This document shows positions 1 to 13,262 of a stretch of 64,000 bases of DNA, piece after piece; position 1 is the first letter of the stretch; each line of letters opens with the position of its first letter. Both the position numbers and the translations under genes were made by a program. The DNA lies in the NCBI GenBank assembly GCA_030141605.1, contig JAQGDQ010000330.1:186001-250000 (forward strand), given 5' to 3'. The notes beneath the pieces are model-generated. The model searched no databases. It was not told the origin of the DNA and saw only the letters and a list, made by a program, of their open reading frames with translations. The DNA comes from Tubiluchus corallicola. Its lineage: Eukaryota; Animalia; Priapulida.

Positions 1-259
1 CCTACAGAAGATCCTAAAGTCGTGTCCACAAGATAAGGGAACATACACAAGCACTCTAACTAGAAAAACCTGAGTTTACCTTCCTGACAGAAAGACGAAA
101 TAAAATTATTATTCTTGATTTAATATCGTAACACTTGAACATTTGTTAAAACTAATGAGTTTCATGAGTTGCAGTTTGTGAGTCTATCATTTCAACTACA
201 ATTAGCACTACTTCTCAGTCAACTTGTCTCAACTTTTGAACCTCAGTCATAACTTACGA

Positions 260-1045
260 TAATACGTGTGAAGACGGGAAAGTAAGCTGTTTGGTGTTAC
301 AAGAATACGTGTGAATACGTGAATAGAAGTTGTTTAAAGTTACATTAACACTGGTGAAAACCTGAAAAAAGAAGTTGTTTATAGTTACATGAATACGTGT
401 GAATACGTGAAAGAAGTTGCTTGGCGTTATATGAATACGTGAATAGAAGTTGTTTAAAGTTACATGAATACGTGTGAATACGTGAAAGAAGTTGTTTAAA
501 GTTACATGAATACGTAAAAGAAGTTGTTTAAAGTTACATGAATACGTGTGAATACGTGAAAGAAGTTGTTTAAAGTTACATGAATACGTAAAAGAAGTTG
601 TTTAAAGTTACATGAATACGTGTGAATACGCGAAAGAAGTTGTTTAAAGTTACATGAATACGTGAAAGAAGTTGTTTAAAGTTACATGAATACGTGTGAA
701 TACGCGAAAGAAGTTGTTTAAAGTTACATGAATACGTGAAAGAAGTTGTTTAAAGTTACATGAATACGTGTGAATACGCGAAAGAAGTTGTTTAAAGTTA
801 CATGAATACGTAAAAGAAGTTGTTTAAAGTTACATGAATACGTGTGAATACGTGAAAGAAGTTGTTTAAAGTTACATGAATACGTAAAAGAAGTTGTTTA
901 AAGTTACATGAATACGTGTGAATACGCGAAAGAAGTTGCTTAAAGTTACATGAATACGTGAAAGAAGTTGTTTAAAGTTACATGAATACGTGTGAATACG
1001 TGAAAAGAAGTTTTTTGTTGTTACGTTAATACTTGAAAAGATGAA
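260..1045. repeat. Minisatellite with alternating ~42/32-bp units (GAATACGTGT-GAATACGTGAAAGAAGTTGTTTAAAGTTACAT)
   Basis: Directly visible tandem units, homogeneous in the centre and degenerate at the edges. Confidence 0.95.
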
Positions 1046-1149
1046 TGAAGTTGCCACCAGTCGTGATTGAATTGCCAAGAAAAGAGAGACGCGGCCAGCT
1101 GAAGTTTTTCTGTTCAAGATTGCATGTGGTTAATAACTGCTCTAGTGTC

Positions 1150-1700
1150 AATACAATACAATACAATGTAACTGAATATAATACATTATTAAATCGATAA
1201 TATAATGCACGCCATCTATAAAATGATTCTAACGCATCGACATTAAAGCAAATTAATGCCAACACTTTTAAAGATATGGCTGTATACATGAATCATAAAC
1301 ATTGAAATTACATGTTATAAAAATGTTTATATATATGTATAAACGTATTTATATATTTATTAACCGCATTAACAATGAAGCACGGATTGGTTAACTAAAA
1401 TTTCTACTTTCTCTGTAAATCTGCTAAAAAATAACTTTTTAATGGAGGACCTTATTTATTGTATAACATGGTCTTAAGGATGACGGGAGGACGGCCATTT
1501 ATTCCACGAAGGTTGACCAGTCACTGCAAAGATTCTGTCACTGAAAGTAGAGCATTTCTTACGGGGAACTGCAATTAAATTTGAATTGTTGATGTAGGAA
1601 ATTTCTGGAACAATTTTGTACTATGAACATGTGACAAAGTGACATGATGTGCTCAGCCATTCATCGCTTTAAAGACTCTCATACGTATTTTGAACTTTAT
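1150..1700 (-). mobile_element. Degraded L2/CR1-group LINE 3' fragment with an (ATTGT)n tail
   Basis: Minus strand near 1490-1550 reads TFSDRIFAVTGQPSWN, resembling the L2 C-terminal motif (G.RAF...GP.LWN.LP). Short pentamer tail at ~1150-1168. Confidence 0.4.
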
Positions 1701-1706
1701 TCTTAA

Positions 1707-1930
1707 AGGAAAATCTGACCCAATCTTAAATCATCGCTCTAAACAATCTACCCTGTAAAATACTGAAAGGAAAACATACTATTTTTTTCAAAAATGACTT
1801 ACGTGAAAGAATTATTATCACACAAACACAATTTCGCGTTGGCGCGGCTAGTTATTCGCTGTTACATGCATTTCGCCATTTGCTAATTGGATGCATCGCG
1901 CAAACGTTACATAAAATCAGGTGCTGACTG
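1707..1930 (+). mobile_element. MITE family A (Kolobok-like), 5' partial copy
   Basis: TTAA|AGGAAAA start, then similarity to the complete copy at 35392-35997. Confidence 0.7.
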
Positions 1931-2889
1931 AACAATATACCTGTCTTTTGTTGCCAAAACCCGAAATGCGTTTCTTTTTAATTTTTGCAGAAATTTTCCC
2001 TTTGCAAACATAGTCTTTTTCTTAGAGACCTTATTTACAGCATAAAAATTATATAAGTATGTCCTCCATTTTGAAAAAAAACTAGCTGTGACCTGAATAA
2101 TTGACAATAATCCACTTTATTGCCTCGGAGTTCAAATATACTGAGTTTTTTCCATTAGTAAGGGAGACCTTGTCTTATTTGTATTACTTTAAGTTAGAAG
2201 AGATTAGTCCTATTTCTACTCCGTGTCCAAATATCCAGAAAAACTGTAAAAACAGTCCAGACGCTTCCTTGATAAATATTGATAAACTATCCATGGTCGC
2301 GAGTTTACAATAGCTAGAATTTTTAGAATTTTTACTGCGCCTTTTGCAGTTTTGCAAGACAAGTAGGGCATGTGTGCATCCAGTCGTGAGAACTTGTTGA
2401 TTTAATATTCAACAGATGGCGCTATTTAAAGGTTAAAAGCGATAGATGACGTAATTTAGAGGGATCTAGAAGACACAGACTCTGTAATTGTAGAGAAATC
2501 CCAACTGAAAAGCACGTTTTGATGGACTGTCATTTAACAGCTGAAACTACAAGAAGATTCAACAATGTAGATTTTATTTACGTCAATTACAAATAGCAAT
2601 ATTGTTTGTTGACATCTGTTTTAATGTTTAAAAGCTTAAGAATAAGTAAGCATTCTAATTTTTGTAAGTACCATAATGAAGTGTTACAATTGTGTAAAAT
2701 CCCGCAAGATCCGCTCAGTCACTATCACATCTTTATTTTGCTGTCACTGAGTGAAAATTTCCTATCGTGAACCTTTTTAACCTTTGTGTACTGTTGCTGT
2801 TTTCTGAGAAGTAGAAAATTTTGAACTATGAAATGTTTGAATTCTGCAATCCCTGTCAAAGATTGAAAATATTAATTTATGGTCAATAA

Positions 2890-3675
<786 letters not shown>

Positions 3676-4144
3676 TCATTTTCATAATGGTTCTCTCACA
3701 AATTTATATAATATTCAGACATTATATAAGTGTTAGACAGCGTATTTGCAGGATGATCTTGGCCATCATTTTCTGATATCACTAATTAAGGAAGTGTTCT
3801 TTGAATTCACAGAGTGACAAGTCGATTACTCGTCTGCTTCTGTGGTTTTTACATTTAGTTTTGTTCTTTATTATAAAAATTGTAACTTTGTATCTCATTA
3901 TTATCATTGTTAATTATCGTTACTTGTTTACTAATTCCTTCCCTGTTTCGTTATTAGCTAGTTCGTTCGTTTAGTCTTTTACTAGATAGATAACTAGTTA
4001 GTTAGTTAGTTAGTCACTTGGTTGGTTGTGCAGTCGGTCGTCGATCGGACAATTGTATTTAAAGCACAAGAAAACTCTTCACTTAGACGAAGCTTAAAAA
4101 TTTGTCTTGACATTTTAAGCCACTTACATTTCATCCACTTCCAT

Positions 4145-4450
4145 CTATTTATTCATTCATTCACTTATAATAACTCACTCACTCACTCATTCATTCACTC
4201 AGGCGCTCACTCAATTACTCAATTACTCACTCTCTCACTCACTCACTCGCTCACTCACTCACTCGCTCACTCGCTCACTCACTCACTCGCTCACTCACTC
4301 ACTCACTCACTCACTCAGTCTTTCACTCACTCACTCACTCACTCACTCACTCACTCACTCACTCACTCACTCACTCATTCATTCATTCATTCATTCATTC
4401 ATTCATTCATTCATTCATTCATTCATTCTTTCTTTCATTCATTCGTTCAT
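4145..4450. repeat. (CACT)n/(CATT)n microsatellite
   Basis: Direct reading. Confidence 0.95.
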
Positions 4451-4910
4451 CTAGACAAACCCATTTTTACAAGAAATTTTGTTCCAACAATTTTGTCTCG
4501 CCATCATCGTCTGTATATAGCAAAGCTTCATCCACATTTTCTGAAATAACTTTTACATTAACACCAGCTCAATTTCTTGTGAATGCAAATTTGAAAAGTT
4601 ATTCGTATCATAATAATAATAATTCTGATAACAAGACCATTAACGTACAGTCCGTTTCTGTAATCACTGTGCTAATTTATGTCTTCGAGAAAATTTTATG
4701 CTGATTTTCTTGTCAAAGACTACAAGTCTGTATTAGTAATTTAAGCAACAAGAATGACATTTCACGTTTTGGTGTTTATGTCGGCTGTTAATTGTTTTAA
4801 TTGCTAGATTCATTAGCTTCACTGGGTGCGCCGCTGTCTGCAGATTTCTGGTTTGACAGCATCCATTAAGCTTATCAATGCTGAACTTATCGTTACGGAA
4901 AATAATTTAA

Positions 4911-5410
4911 AGCAAAACCGTACTCAATGTTAAACTGTAGGTCAAAACAATCTACTCTTTAAAATATTGAAAAGAAATGTACTATTTTTTCAAAAACGAC
5001 TTACGTGAAAGAATTATTACCACACAAACACAATTTCACGTTCGTGCCACTAGTTCTTCGGTATTACATTCACTTTGCCATTCGCTAGTTAGACGGGCAC
5101 TAGCGCCTGCATTTCGGAAACGCATTGCACAAAAACAGGTGCTGTACCTCACAGTTCAGATGTGTCCGTTTCTGACGAGCTACACATGTTCGACAGCTCA
5201 TGCGTGAGCACAGCCGTAAATTTGAAATTTGAATTTTTATCTTAATCTTAAAACTTGCTGAGTTTTAGTACAACACACTGAATATCTTACAGTAGCACTG
5301 TACTTCAAGTTTGCTTTCACAAACACGTGCATCCTGCTCGTGCAATGTTTTTGATGTTGGACATTATGTTAGTTTGTGACGTCATCAATAGTTGGGCTCG
5401 CCCGCCGTTC
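4911..5410 (+). mobile_element. MITE family A (Kolobok-like), 3'-truncated copy
   Basis: TTAA|AGCAAAACCG start; colinear with 35392-35997 over about 500 bp. Confidence 0.85.
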
Positions 5411-5646
5411 TTGATGTTTTGGCCCATATCTTTGTCGTGAGGAACTCACCATCTAGAAGCGCCTCACGACGAAATCTATCGCTTGGTACAAATGCCTCAT
5501 TTCGTGAGGCGGAATTTACTTTAAAATTTAACTGATCAATTACTTCATTCTTGATTAACGAACAACAATTAACATAGTTCAGCATAAAAGTATATGTTTC
5601 TAATATCTCTTCTATCATACAGGCGATTTTTGTTCTATCATTGCAA

Positions 5647-6114
5647 TTGTTGTTGGCATCCTTCTGTCTCGGAAGACAATGGAGTGTGCGCCAAGAGAGT
5701 GTCAGTTATTAATCACATTGATGGAGCTGCAGCATCGACTGTGGCTGAGCAGTCCGATCCTTGAACGGCAGTTCCGGCTGCAGGTTGCACCTCCCGTGTT
5801 GTTTCTGTCACTCCAGCAGTGACACTGGAGTGGGCAAGGTGTATGGAGATCCTGAGTTGCCCAGACAACAGGAACCCCCTCTCTTCCTCGCTGGTGTAGT
5901 CCAAAGGAAAGCGACGATACGTTTGGCACCAGGTTGGCTGCAGGAGCTGCCGGAGTTAGTAAGCATGCTGCACTGGTCCGCCTTCGGGGCTCCACTCCTG
6001 ATTTGGAAGGTTTACTCCTCTACACATGGCCGTTGGGTCACTTGACCTCCTCCGCCCTCTAGCCGTTGGCTTCTTGTGCAGCTCCTCCGCCTAGTGTCGA
6101 GATACAGTGTGGGC
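5647..6114 (-). mobile_element. Short internally deleted (bipartite) RTE/BovB-type retroelement, copy 1
   Basis: Encodes the RTE C-terminal zinc-finger remnant CSRNCRSRIGLLSHSRC and ends GAAGGATGC(CAA)n. Homologous to 6957-7371 in opposite orientation. Confidence 0.85.
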
Positions 6115-6121
6115 ATCCCGC

Positions 6122-6240
6122 AAGCCTACAGGACCTAGTATTCCTAGGCGGTCACCCATCCAAGTACTAACCTGGCTCTACGTTGCTTAACTTCGGTGAT
6201 CAGACGAGAACCGTGTTTTCAACGTGATATGGCCGTAGTT
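6122..6240 (-). rRNA. 5S rRNA copy, full length; probably a pseudogene or retroposed head
   Basis: Reverse complement reads CTACGGCCATATCACGTTGAAAACACGGTTCTCGTCTGATCACCGAAGTTAAGCAACG...GTTAGTACTTGGATGGGTGACCGCCTAGGAATAC...GTAGGCTT, with box A and box C present. Solitary, and no oligo-T Pol III terminator follows. Confidence 0.93.
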
Positions 6241-6509
6241 TATGCAATAGCGATGGCTATATTCGTGAAAAAATATGACCAGACGGTTTAGTCTATTGAT
6301 AACGCGTCTGGGACGTCGTGAGTTCGATACAGCACCAAAGACATAAAAATGGTACCTGTTGTTGCCCTGCCTGCGGCGTGGCATTTAGGGTAAAAGTTGG
6401 GGTAAAAATAATCTCTGTTATGTAGTTGTAGGTTGTTATTTACAGTTGGCAAAAGCTCTTTGAGCTAATGTTAACTATTTATCTAAAAGCCGACTCCAGA
6501 TACAGTTTA

Positions 6510-6665
6510 TTGTTATTAATATTATTATTATTATTAGTATTGTTGTTGTTGTTGTTGTTGTCGTCGTCGTCGTCGTCGTCGTCGTAGTCGTTGTTGTTGT
6601 TGGTGCTGATGTTGCTTTTGCTGCTGTTGCTATTGTTGCTGTTGCTGCTGTTGCTGTTGTTCTTG
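6510..6665. repeat. Compound trinucleotide microsatellite (ATT/GTT/GTC/GCT)
   Basis: Direct reading. Confidence 0.9.
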
Positions 6666-6956
6666 CACGCATATATTTGTTTCATATAAGAAAATATAAC
6701 GGATGTGGCATTACATTTGAGTAACATTATTAACTGCACTTTGTTCAATACATCTGCGGCTAATAATTAATTTAGCCATGATTATGTAAAATATCAAGTT
6801 ACAAATCCGGTTTTTTCTTGCCGCGCCTGTTGATGCACCTTTAGGAAGCGAAAAAGTTCTTGAACTCATTTCAGATGGCAGTCGTGCTAGCTAACTAGAC
6901 GCGCGCAAAAATCCGTGTTTCTGTGTGAAATTTTCTATGGATTATAGTCAATGGTT

Positions 6957-7371
6957 GCCCACACTGTAAATCAACACTAGGCGGAGGAGCTGTACAAGCC
7001 AACAGCTAGATAACGGAGGAGGTCAAGTGACCCAACGGCCATGTGTAGAGGAGTAAACCTTCCAAATCAGGAGTGCAGCATGGTCACTGACTCCGGCAGC
7101 TCCTGCAGCCAACCTGATGCCAAACGTATAGCTCCGCTTTCCTTTGGACTACACCGGGGAGGAAGAGAGGGGTTCCTGTTGTCTGGGCAACTCAGAATCT
7201 CCATACACCTTGCCCAGGCGTACACCCTGGAGCAGCCACTTCCTCCAGTGGTTCAAGGATCGCACTGCTCATCCACAGTCGACGCTGCAGCTCCATCAAT
7301 GTGATCAATAACTGACTCTCTTGGCGCACACTCCATTGTCTTCCGAGACAGAAGGATGCCAACAAAAAACA
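6957..7371 (+). mobile_element. Short internally deleted RTE/BovB-type retroelement, copy 2, with 13-bp TSD
   Basis: Flanked by ATAGTCAATGGTT at 6944-6956 and 7372-7384. Same 5' start (GCCCACACTG) and 3' end as copy 1. Confidence 0.92.
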
Positions 7372-7483
7372 ATAGTCAATGGTTATAACAAAAAAATCAA
7401 TTTTTTAAGGAAAATGTTCTGCTTTCTCACAACAATTCCATGCGTTATTTTTCCTTACATCCTCAATGTGAAATGGGCCTTAA

Positions 7484-8047
7484 AGGGCAAGAAAAGAGTT
7501 GCTTGAAGTATTATCATGAAGTAGTATTTTCAGAAAAATGGCTTTAAAAAACTATGTTACTTCATAGCAATTTTATGCATATATTGTGCTCGAGTTAAAA
7601 GGAATTTTTGTTTGTTTTCATTTTAAATCTCTCACAATACTGTTCCGACAGCGCCATTACATGACGTCACTACGCCACGTAAATCAGGGGAAGAAAAGGC
7701 AATGTTAGATTATGACCCAAAAAACTTTCCGTGCAAATCTATATTACTTAGCATTTCACTTACCTCCTAGAATGACTCATGAAACTAGGAATGATAATTT
7801 AAAATGTTCGTGCGAATTGGTAAAATGTCGCTGGCTCACCCTCCCGGGTGCGCCACTTTCTATCCAAAAACGTATTTGTAATCTTATTTACAAGATGCAG
7901 TAATTAAAAATTTTATTCAGTTAGCGATAAGTTTTGTACAGCGTTACTGTCGACGCAAGCCTGTATGCAAAATACCAATATGTAAGTGGTATAAAATTTC
8001 AAGACGAATTTTTACATTTTTATGTGAGTGGACGGCTTTCTTGTACT
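7484..8047 (-). mobile_element. MITE family B (Kolobok-like, TTAA TSD)
   Basis: TTAA|AGGGCAAGAAA ... TTTCTTGTACT|TTAA. Inverted homologs at 21530-22160 and 42759-43454. Confidence 0.85.
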
Positions 8048-8492
8048 TTAAGGGTCCCATAGCCCATATTCTTGATTCTAAAATGGGCTTCTTAATCTAT
8101 TAGTTTTCTACAAATTACCTCGTCTCGTTGTAGCAACTGACTCAGCTGATTCACGATTGATTGGGCGATCAAGAACAGATTTAACTGACCAACATCCGGC
8201 TGTTTGCAAAGAGCTATGTGAGTCAGTCAGTGGGCTTGGTTATCATGCCACTTAGTAGATTTAATAAACTACGGAATTGGCAGAAGCCATTTCTTAAAAA
8301 GCGTTTTTGCTCACAGAGTGTCACGGCTGAAGTTGCTACCGTTTCTTGAACATCGAAGCCAATGTCGTTTAGCTTCTTGACTAATAATACTGACATTGCG
8401 TTATCACAGCTCTTGGGAAATTAAAATCGTATCTCAGCAATAGAATGTCAGAAGTACTTAAGCAAAAGACGAGCCACTTCTTAGAATACAAC

Positions 8493-8835
8493 AGCCAAAC
8501 ACAGCACTGTGCTGGGCTGTGAAGCAAACAGTACTACCCAGCACTGTACTGGGCTGTGAAGCAAACAGTACTACCCAGTACTGTACTGGGCTGTGAAGCA
8601 AACAGTACTACCCAGCACTGTACTGGGCTGTGAAGCAAACAGTACTACACAGCACTGTACTGGGCTGTGAAGCAAACAGTACTACACAGCACTGTACTGA
8701 GCTGTGAGACAAACAGTACTACTCAGCACTGTACTGGGTTGTGAAGCAAACAACACTACTCAGCACTGTACTGGGCTGTGAAGCAAACAGTACTACCCAG
8801 CACTGTACTGGGCTGTGAAGCAAACAGTATTACCC
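8493..8835. repeat. 37-bp minisatellite, ~9 copies (CAGCACTGTACTGGGCTGTGAAGCAAACAGTACTACC)
   Basis: Direct tandem units with no spacers. Confidence 0.95.
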
Positions 8836-9398
8836 TCACGTGCTCTGGTTCCGTACAAGTATAAAGAAATAACTAAAGAAAAAAGACTTATTATATTGAA
8901 TATCATCGATAATATTGAGTGAAAATAGGGAGTGCTGCAGTTCCTCATACGCGAGACGCCGCTAACCTTTCCTCTGATGGCTAAATTTCAGCTTGCACTG
9001 TGCATATCTGTATGCAAAGAACTACACTTTCTTAGCCAACGTCAACCATGTACTGAAGCAATTCCCTTTTCTATGCTGGATGCAGGTTTATTTATATGAA
9101 GACTTTGGTTCAATTAAACATTATAATGTCACAGCAAACCCTCTTTCCAATTACACTGAAACACAGTAGATTGCAGAGGCTTAGCGCGGATTAACCAGCG
9201 GACAAACTGGTTGATAACTTAATCTAGCAAATCACTCCAGTAAATCAGATCATTTATTGGCTAAATTATTTATTGCTGTCAGCGCTGTAAGTCTGTGAAC
9301 GAGAATGGAAGCCAATAAAGTGACACAGCAAGTTGAAGTTGTTGACAATATGAAGGACCTTGGGCGATGCAAAAGAGCTGCGTTTGGCATTAAATAAC

Positions 9399-9400
9399 AT

Positions 9401-9447
<47 letters not shown>

Positions 9448-9488
9448 TTCATTCATTCATTCATTCATTCATTCATTCATTCATTCAT

Positions 9489-9519
<31 letters not shown>

Positions 9520-10230
9520 TTGAACCATTATGGAAACAAATAACAAAAGCAAAAACGACTTAAAAACATTGTACATCTGAACAAAGAAACCACATATAAG
9601 TGGTACAATGGTTCAAGCACAAAAACGCATACAACAGAGCAACATACATACATATTATAAACTTAATAATACATATGTATAACAGTTACTCAGTCAATCA
9701 GACTTGCACTGAATTATCTATTATCAAAGATTTTGTGGACCAATCTAGCATTAATTTTAGCAGCTTCTACATCTTGTGATGCATTTAAAAACACGAACTG
9801 CAAATTGAGAAACATATAATGAAAGTTACGACAAAAATCAGAAAAGATACCAAAACATTCCTCTCTTACATGTACAGTGGACATTCAGCAAATACATGCA
9901 ATTCTTCCTCTACTTTGTTCAAATAGCAATTTTTACATATTTGTTGTTCTACGGGTATTTTTTCGGCTTATGCCATTTTTTTCATTCGATTTCAATTGCT
10001 AATTTATGAGCACAAATACGAAATCTCGTTAAGTTAGTTTTGGAATATCGATCAACAAATAAATTTCTATTTTATAAGAATTTTTAAAAAGTTTATACGT
10101 TCTAAGATTATTCCTATTTTGATTCGGTGCAGCCCGGTTCTCTGCTGCTAACAGAGATTCAAGTTTATCATTGATGGCTTTGATAAATTTCTTTTTATTA
10201 AATGCACCTTGGTGCTCCCAGACATGTCCA
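9399..10230 (-). mobile_element. Degraded non-LTR retrotransposon 3' end with (TAAA)n/(TGAA)n tail
   Basis: NLRTYKLFKNSYKIEIYL is a typical post-RT LINE C-terminal segment; tetranucleotide tail at 9399-9520. Confidence 0.65.
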
Positions 10231-10269
10231 AAACCGAAATCAAACAAAACAATTGTAATAAGCGAAGCT

Positions 10270-11054
10270 CACGAATGTGCATTAATACGCAATAATCTAA
10301 GCGACGACTGTGACATTCAACACCAGACTAGCCTGCGGATTGTCCCTTTAATAAGAAAATTTCCTATGTGTTCAGATGATGTTAAAATGATGCTATTTAA
10401 GAGTTACTGCTGCAACGTTTACTGTATGTCTTTATGGACTAATAGATACTAATAATACTAATAGGAGTTTACTGCGTATTGCATACAACAATGGTATCAG
10501 AAAATTGTTTCGCTTATAGTACGATTGCAGTGCTTCTCGCATGTGTGTAAAACAATTATATATATAATTTTTCTTTTTTGTTTCATAATGGAAGTTTCAT
10601 AAACACTGCTTATAGAAAAATATTCGATTTTAGACAAAATGAAAGCGTCAAATTGTTAATGTATTTTTGTGGCACAATGCCTGCGAATTGTTTAATAGAT
10701 AGTCGAAAATAAACTTTGTGAGAAAAATTGTAAACTCTTGCACATTGAGAATTCCAAAGCTATGCTATTATGTAAATAACAGTGGGGTAAATTTAAGATT
10801 TAAATATGGTTGTACTGTAGATCTAACGAAAATGTAAAATTAAAGGTTAAGAACTCATTTAAAGATTATGTTTTAAGATATCTATTATAGCTCCTTACAA
10901 CACTGTATAATGTAATATAATTACAAGGGAACTACAATGTGTGGTTATTATAAAGTTGAATGTCTGTAGATATGTTACTTTACTAATATCGCATTACCTA
11001 TTTTACTAACATCTTTATCTTTGTAAACTGTATATTTTTATACGAAATAAACTC

Positions 11055-11148
<94 letters not shown>

Positions 11149-11177
11149 GAATAATAATAATAATAATAATAATAGTA

Positions 11178-11268
<91 letters not shown>

Positions 11269-11270
11269 GT
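10270..11270 (+). mobile_element. Degraded LINE 3' end (RTEX/L2-like) with AATAAA and a long (TAA)n tail
   Basis: FPMCSDDVKMMLFKSYCCNVYCMSLW matches FSYCTKDVKQRLFKSYCSSFYCSYLW in the RT-containing copy at 39.6-40.6 kb. (TAA)n at 11056-11270. Confidence 0.7.
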
Positions 11271-12761
11271 AATCTAACTACCTTTAAATTACGGTTTTAC
11301 TTTACTTTTCACTGTAAAATATGATAACAGTGATTTGTTTTTGCCACTTGGTATACTTAGTTTGGATATTATTGTCTTGCTGCCAAATTTGACATAGTTA
11401 CTATTTTGAGTGAGATTTTTAAACATATTCATGTTTGTTTCGTTTACTAAAAGCATAACTTGGTCCATTTTTCCTTGTTCCTAATAAACTTTATTGCAAT
11501 TAATGTTAACGAGGATGGTGTTGTGGTCACTATGAACACACTGGGTTTCACTTTCATGTTTCTTTAAGTAATAAGATCCATGGATTTTTTTCCTCATCAA
11601 TTAACATATAATCAACTGCATTCACATCTTCTTCATTCATTATCAAATAATCAGTCACCGATTGTTGCTTCCATTGAACCCTTGTCCACAATCCTATACA
11701 ATTTCCAAGACTATTTAATAAGACTAACTTTTCCTTTTTTTTATGAACTTATCAGCTTTTTACCTGCTATTGACACTTCTGTTGTATTTCCTTTGATCAC
11801 TTCACCAACTTTAGCATTAAAAATCTCCGATTAACAAAATTTTCTCATTTTCGATTTTAGCTTTTTTAACTTGGTCTTGTATTTTTTCATACATTGTTTC
11901 TAGATTGTTAACACTGGTTCTCGCTTCTTGTGAAGCATATATTACACCAATACGAATTTTAATTTTAATATTGTTAATTAGAACCCACAGTGATTATCCA
12001 GCGTCAGTTTGGGAATCGACACAAACTGTAACATTAATTAACTCATCGAGAATCGCTAGCATTATACCCCCATCTTTATTTTGTTCTCTATTATTGTAAA
12101 AGTATGATAACCACGTAGTTCAATAGCTTCATTGTTTAGTAGATGAGTTTCAGCTACTACTATTAAAACAGTTTTTCTACTATGTATATATATATCTGTA
12201 TATGTATATATAGTAATGTGTGTTAGTTTGTTATGTCTGAGCTTGCCCGCAGTTAATAAAGTTGTGTATATATATATATATATATATTGTTGTAAATATG
12301 TGTGGGGGGATGCGTGCGTGCGTGCGTGTGTGTGTGTGTGTGTGTATTCTTGTAATTTTATTTCGTTGTGTTTTATTTCATTTTAGTACTGTATTTGCTT
12401 TATATGGTTTTAGTTGCCGAAATAAAAATTTGAATTGAATTGAATTTAAAGCCCCCCAACACAAATCATTTAAGTGGGTAGCTAATCATTTTTTCAAAAT
12501 TTGCTTCTTATTAGGGTAACTTACTGTTCGTTAGCCACTGAATTCAATTGTAAAATTTTTGTTTCTTTTAATGTATGTATTATATTGGTGTTGACGTGAA
12601 ATAAACAATCTTGAATCTTGAAAAGCTTGAAATCTTGAAATTCCTAAGTGCAAGTATCGAGACATTGAAATCTATTCAAATAAAACTGAACTATGAATAA
12701 AAGTGATGAGTATAATTTATGTGTGGTTGTTTGACCCATGAAATATGCCATATCGTCTCTA

Positions 12762-13262
12762 AATTAAACCGTAATTAAATAATGGTTTAAAAACTTATTT
12801 AACCGCGGGCAAGCTCAGCTAGTGATGACATAACAAACTAACATAATTTTCAACGTCACAAATATTCCATGAGCGTGTTGCACGTATTTGCGAAAGCGAA
12901 AATTGAAGTACAGTGCTACTGTACAACATTTAGTGTGAAATATAAAACTCGGCACATTTTATTTTTAAAATTCAAATTTCAAGTTTACCACTGTGCTCAC
13001 GCATGAACTTTCGAACGTGAGCACTACGTCACAAGTGAACACCACTCGACTAAGCGGTACAGCACCTGTCTTTTGTACAGCGCGTTTTCGAGATGCAGGC
13101 ACTAGTGCCCATCTAATTAGTGAATTGTGAAATGCATGTAACAGCGAAATGTTAGCCGTGCGAACGCGAAGTTAGATTTCTGTGGCAATAATTCTTTCAC
13201 GTAAGTCGTTCCTGAAAAAATAGTATGTTCCTTTTCAGTTATTTAGAGACATGGTTTAAGAT
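12762..13262 (-). mobile_element. MITE family A copy (inverted, diverged)
   Basis: Reverse complement colinear with 4911-5410 and 35392-35997. Confidence 0.75.

Noticed and set aside
6122-6240. Functional 5S rDNA array unit
   Set aside because: Single copy, altered first bases, an apparent 1-nt deletion, no T-run terminator, and fused to a retroelement.
6957-7120. HDV-like, hammerhead or twister ribozyme at the 5' end of the BovB-type element
   Set aside because: I could not build the required pairings or core motifs. The TACAAGCC loop in copy 2 is not conserved in copy 1.
8493-8835. 37-bp repeats as a CRISPR array
   Set aside because: Units are head-to-tail with no unique spacers, there are no cas genes, and the context is eukaryotic. 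The same applies to the arrays at 260-1045 and 28711-30946.
11400-11900. LINE endonuclease/linker fragment on the minus strand (HSDHN motif)
   Set aside because: Only one short motif amid many stops; too degraded to support.
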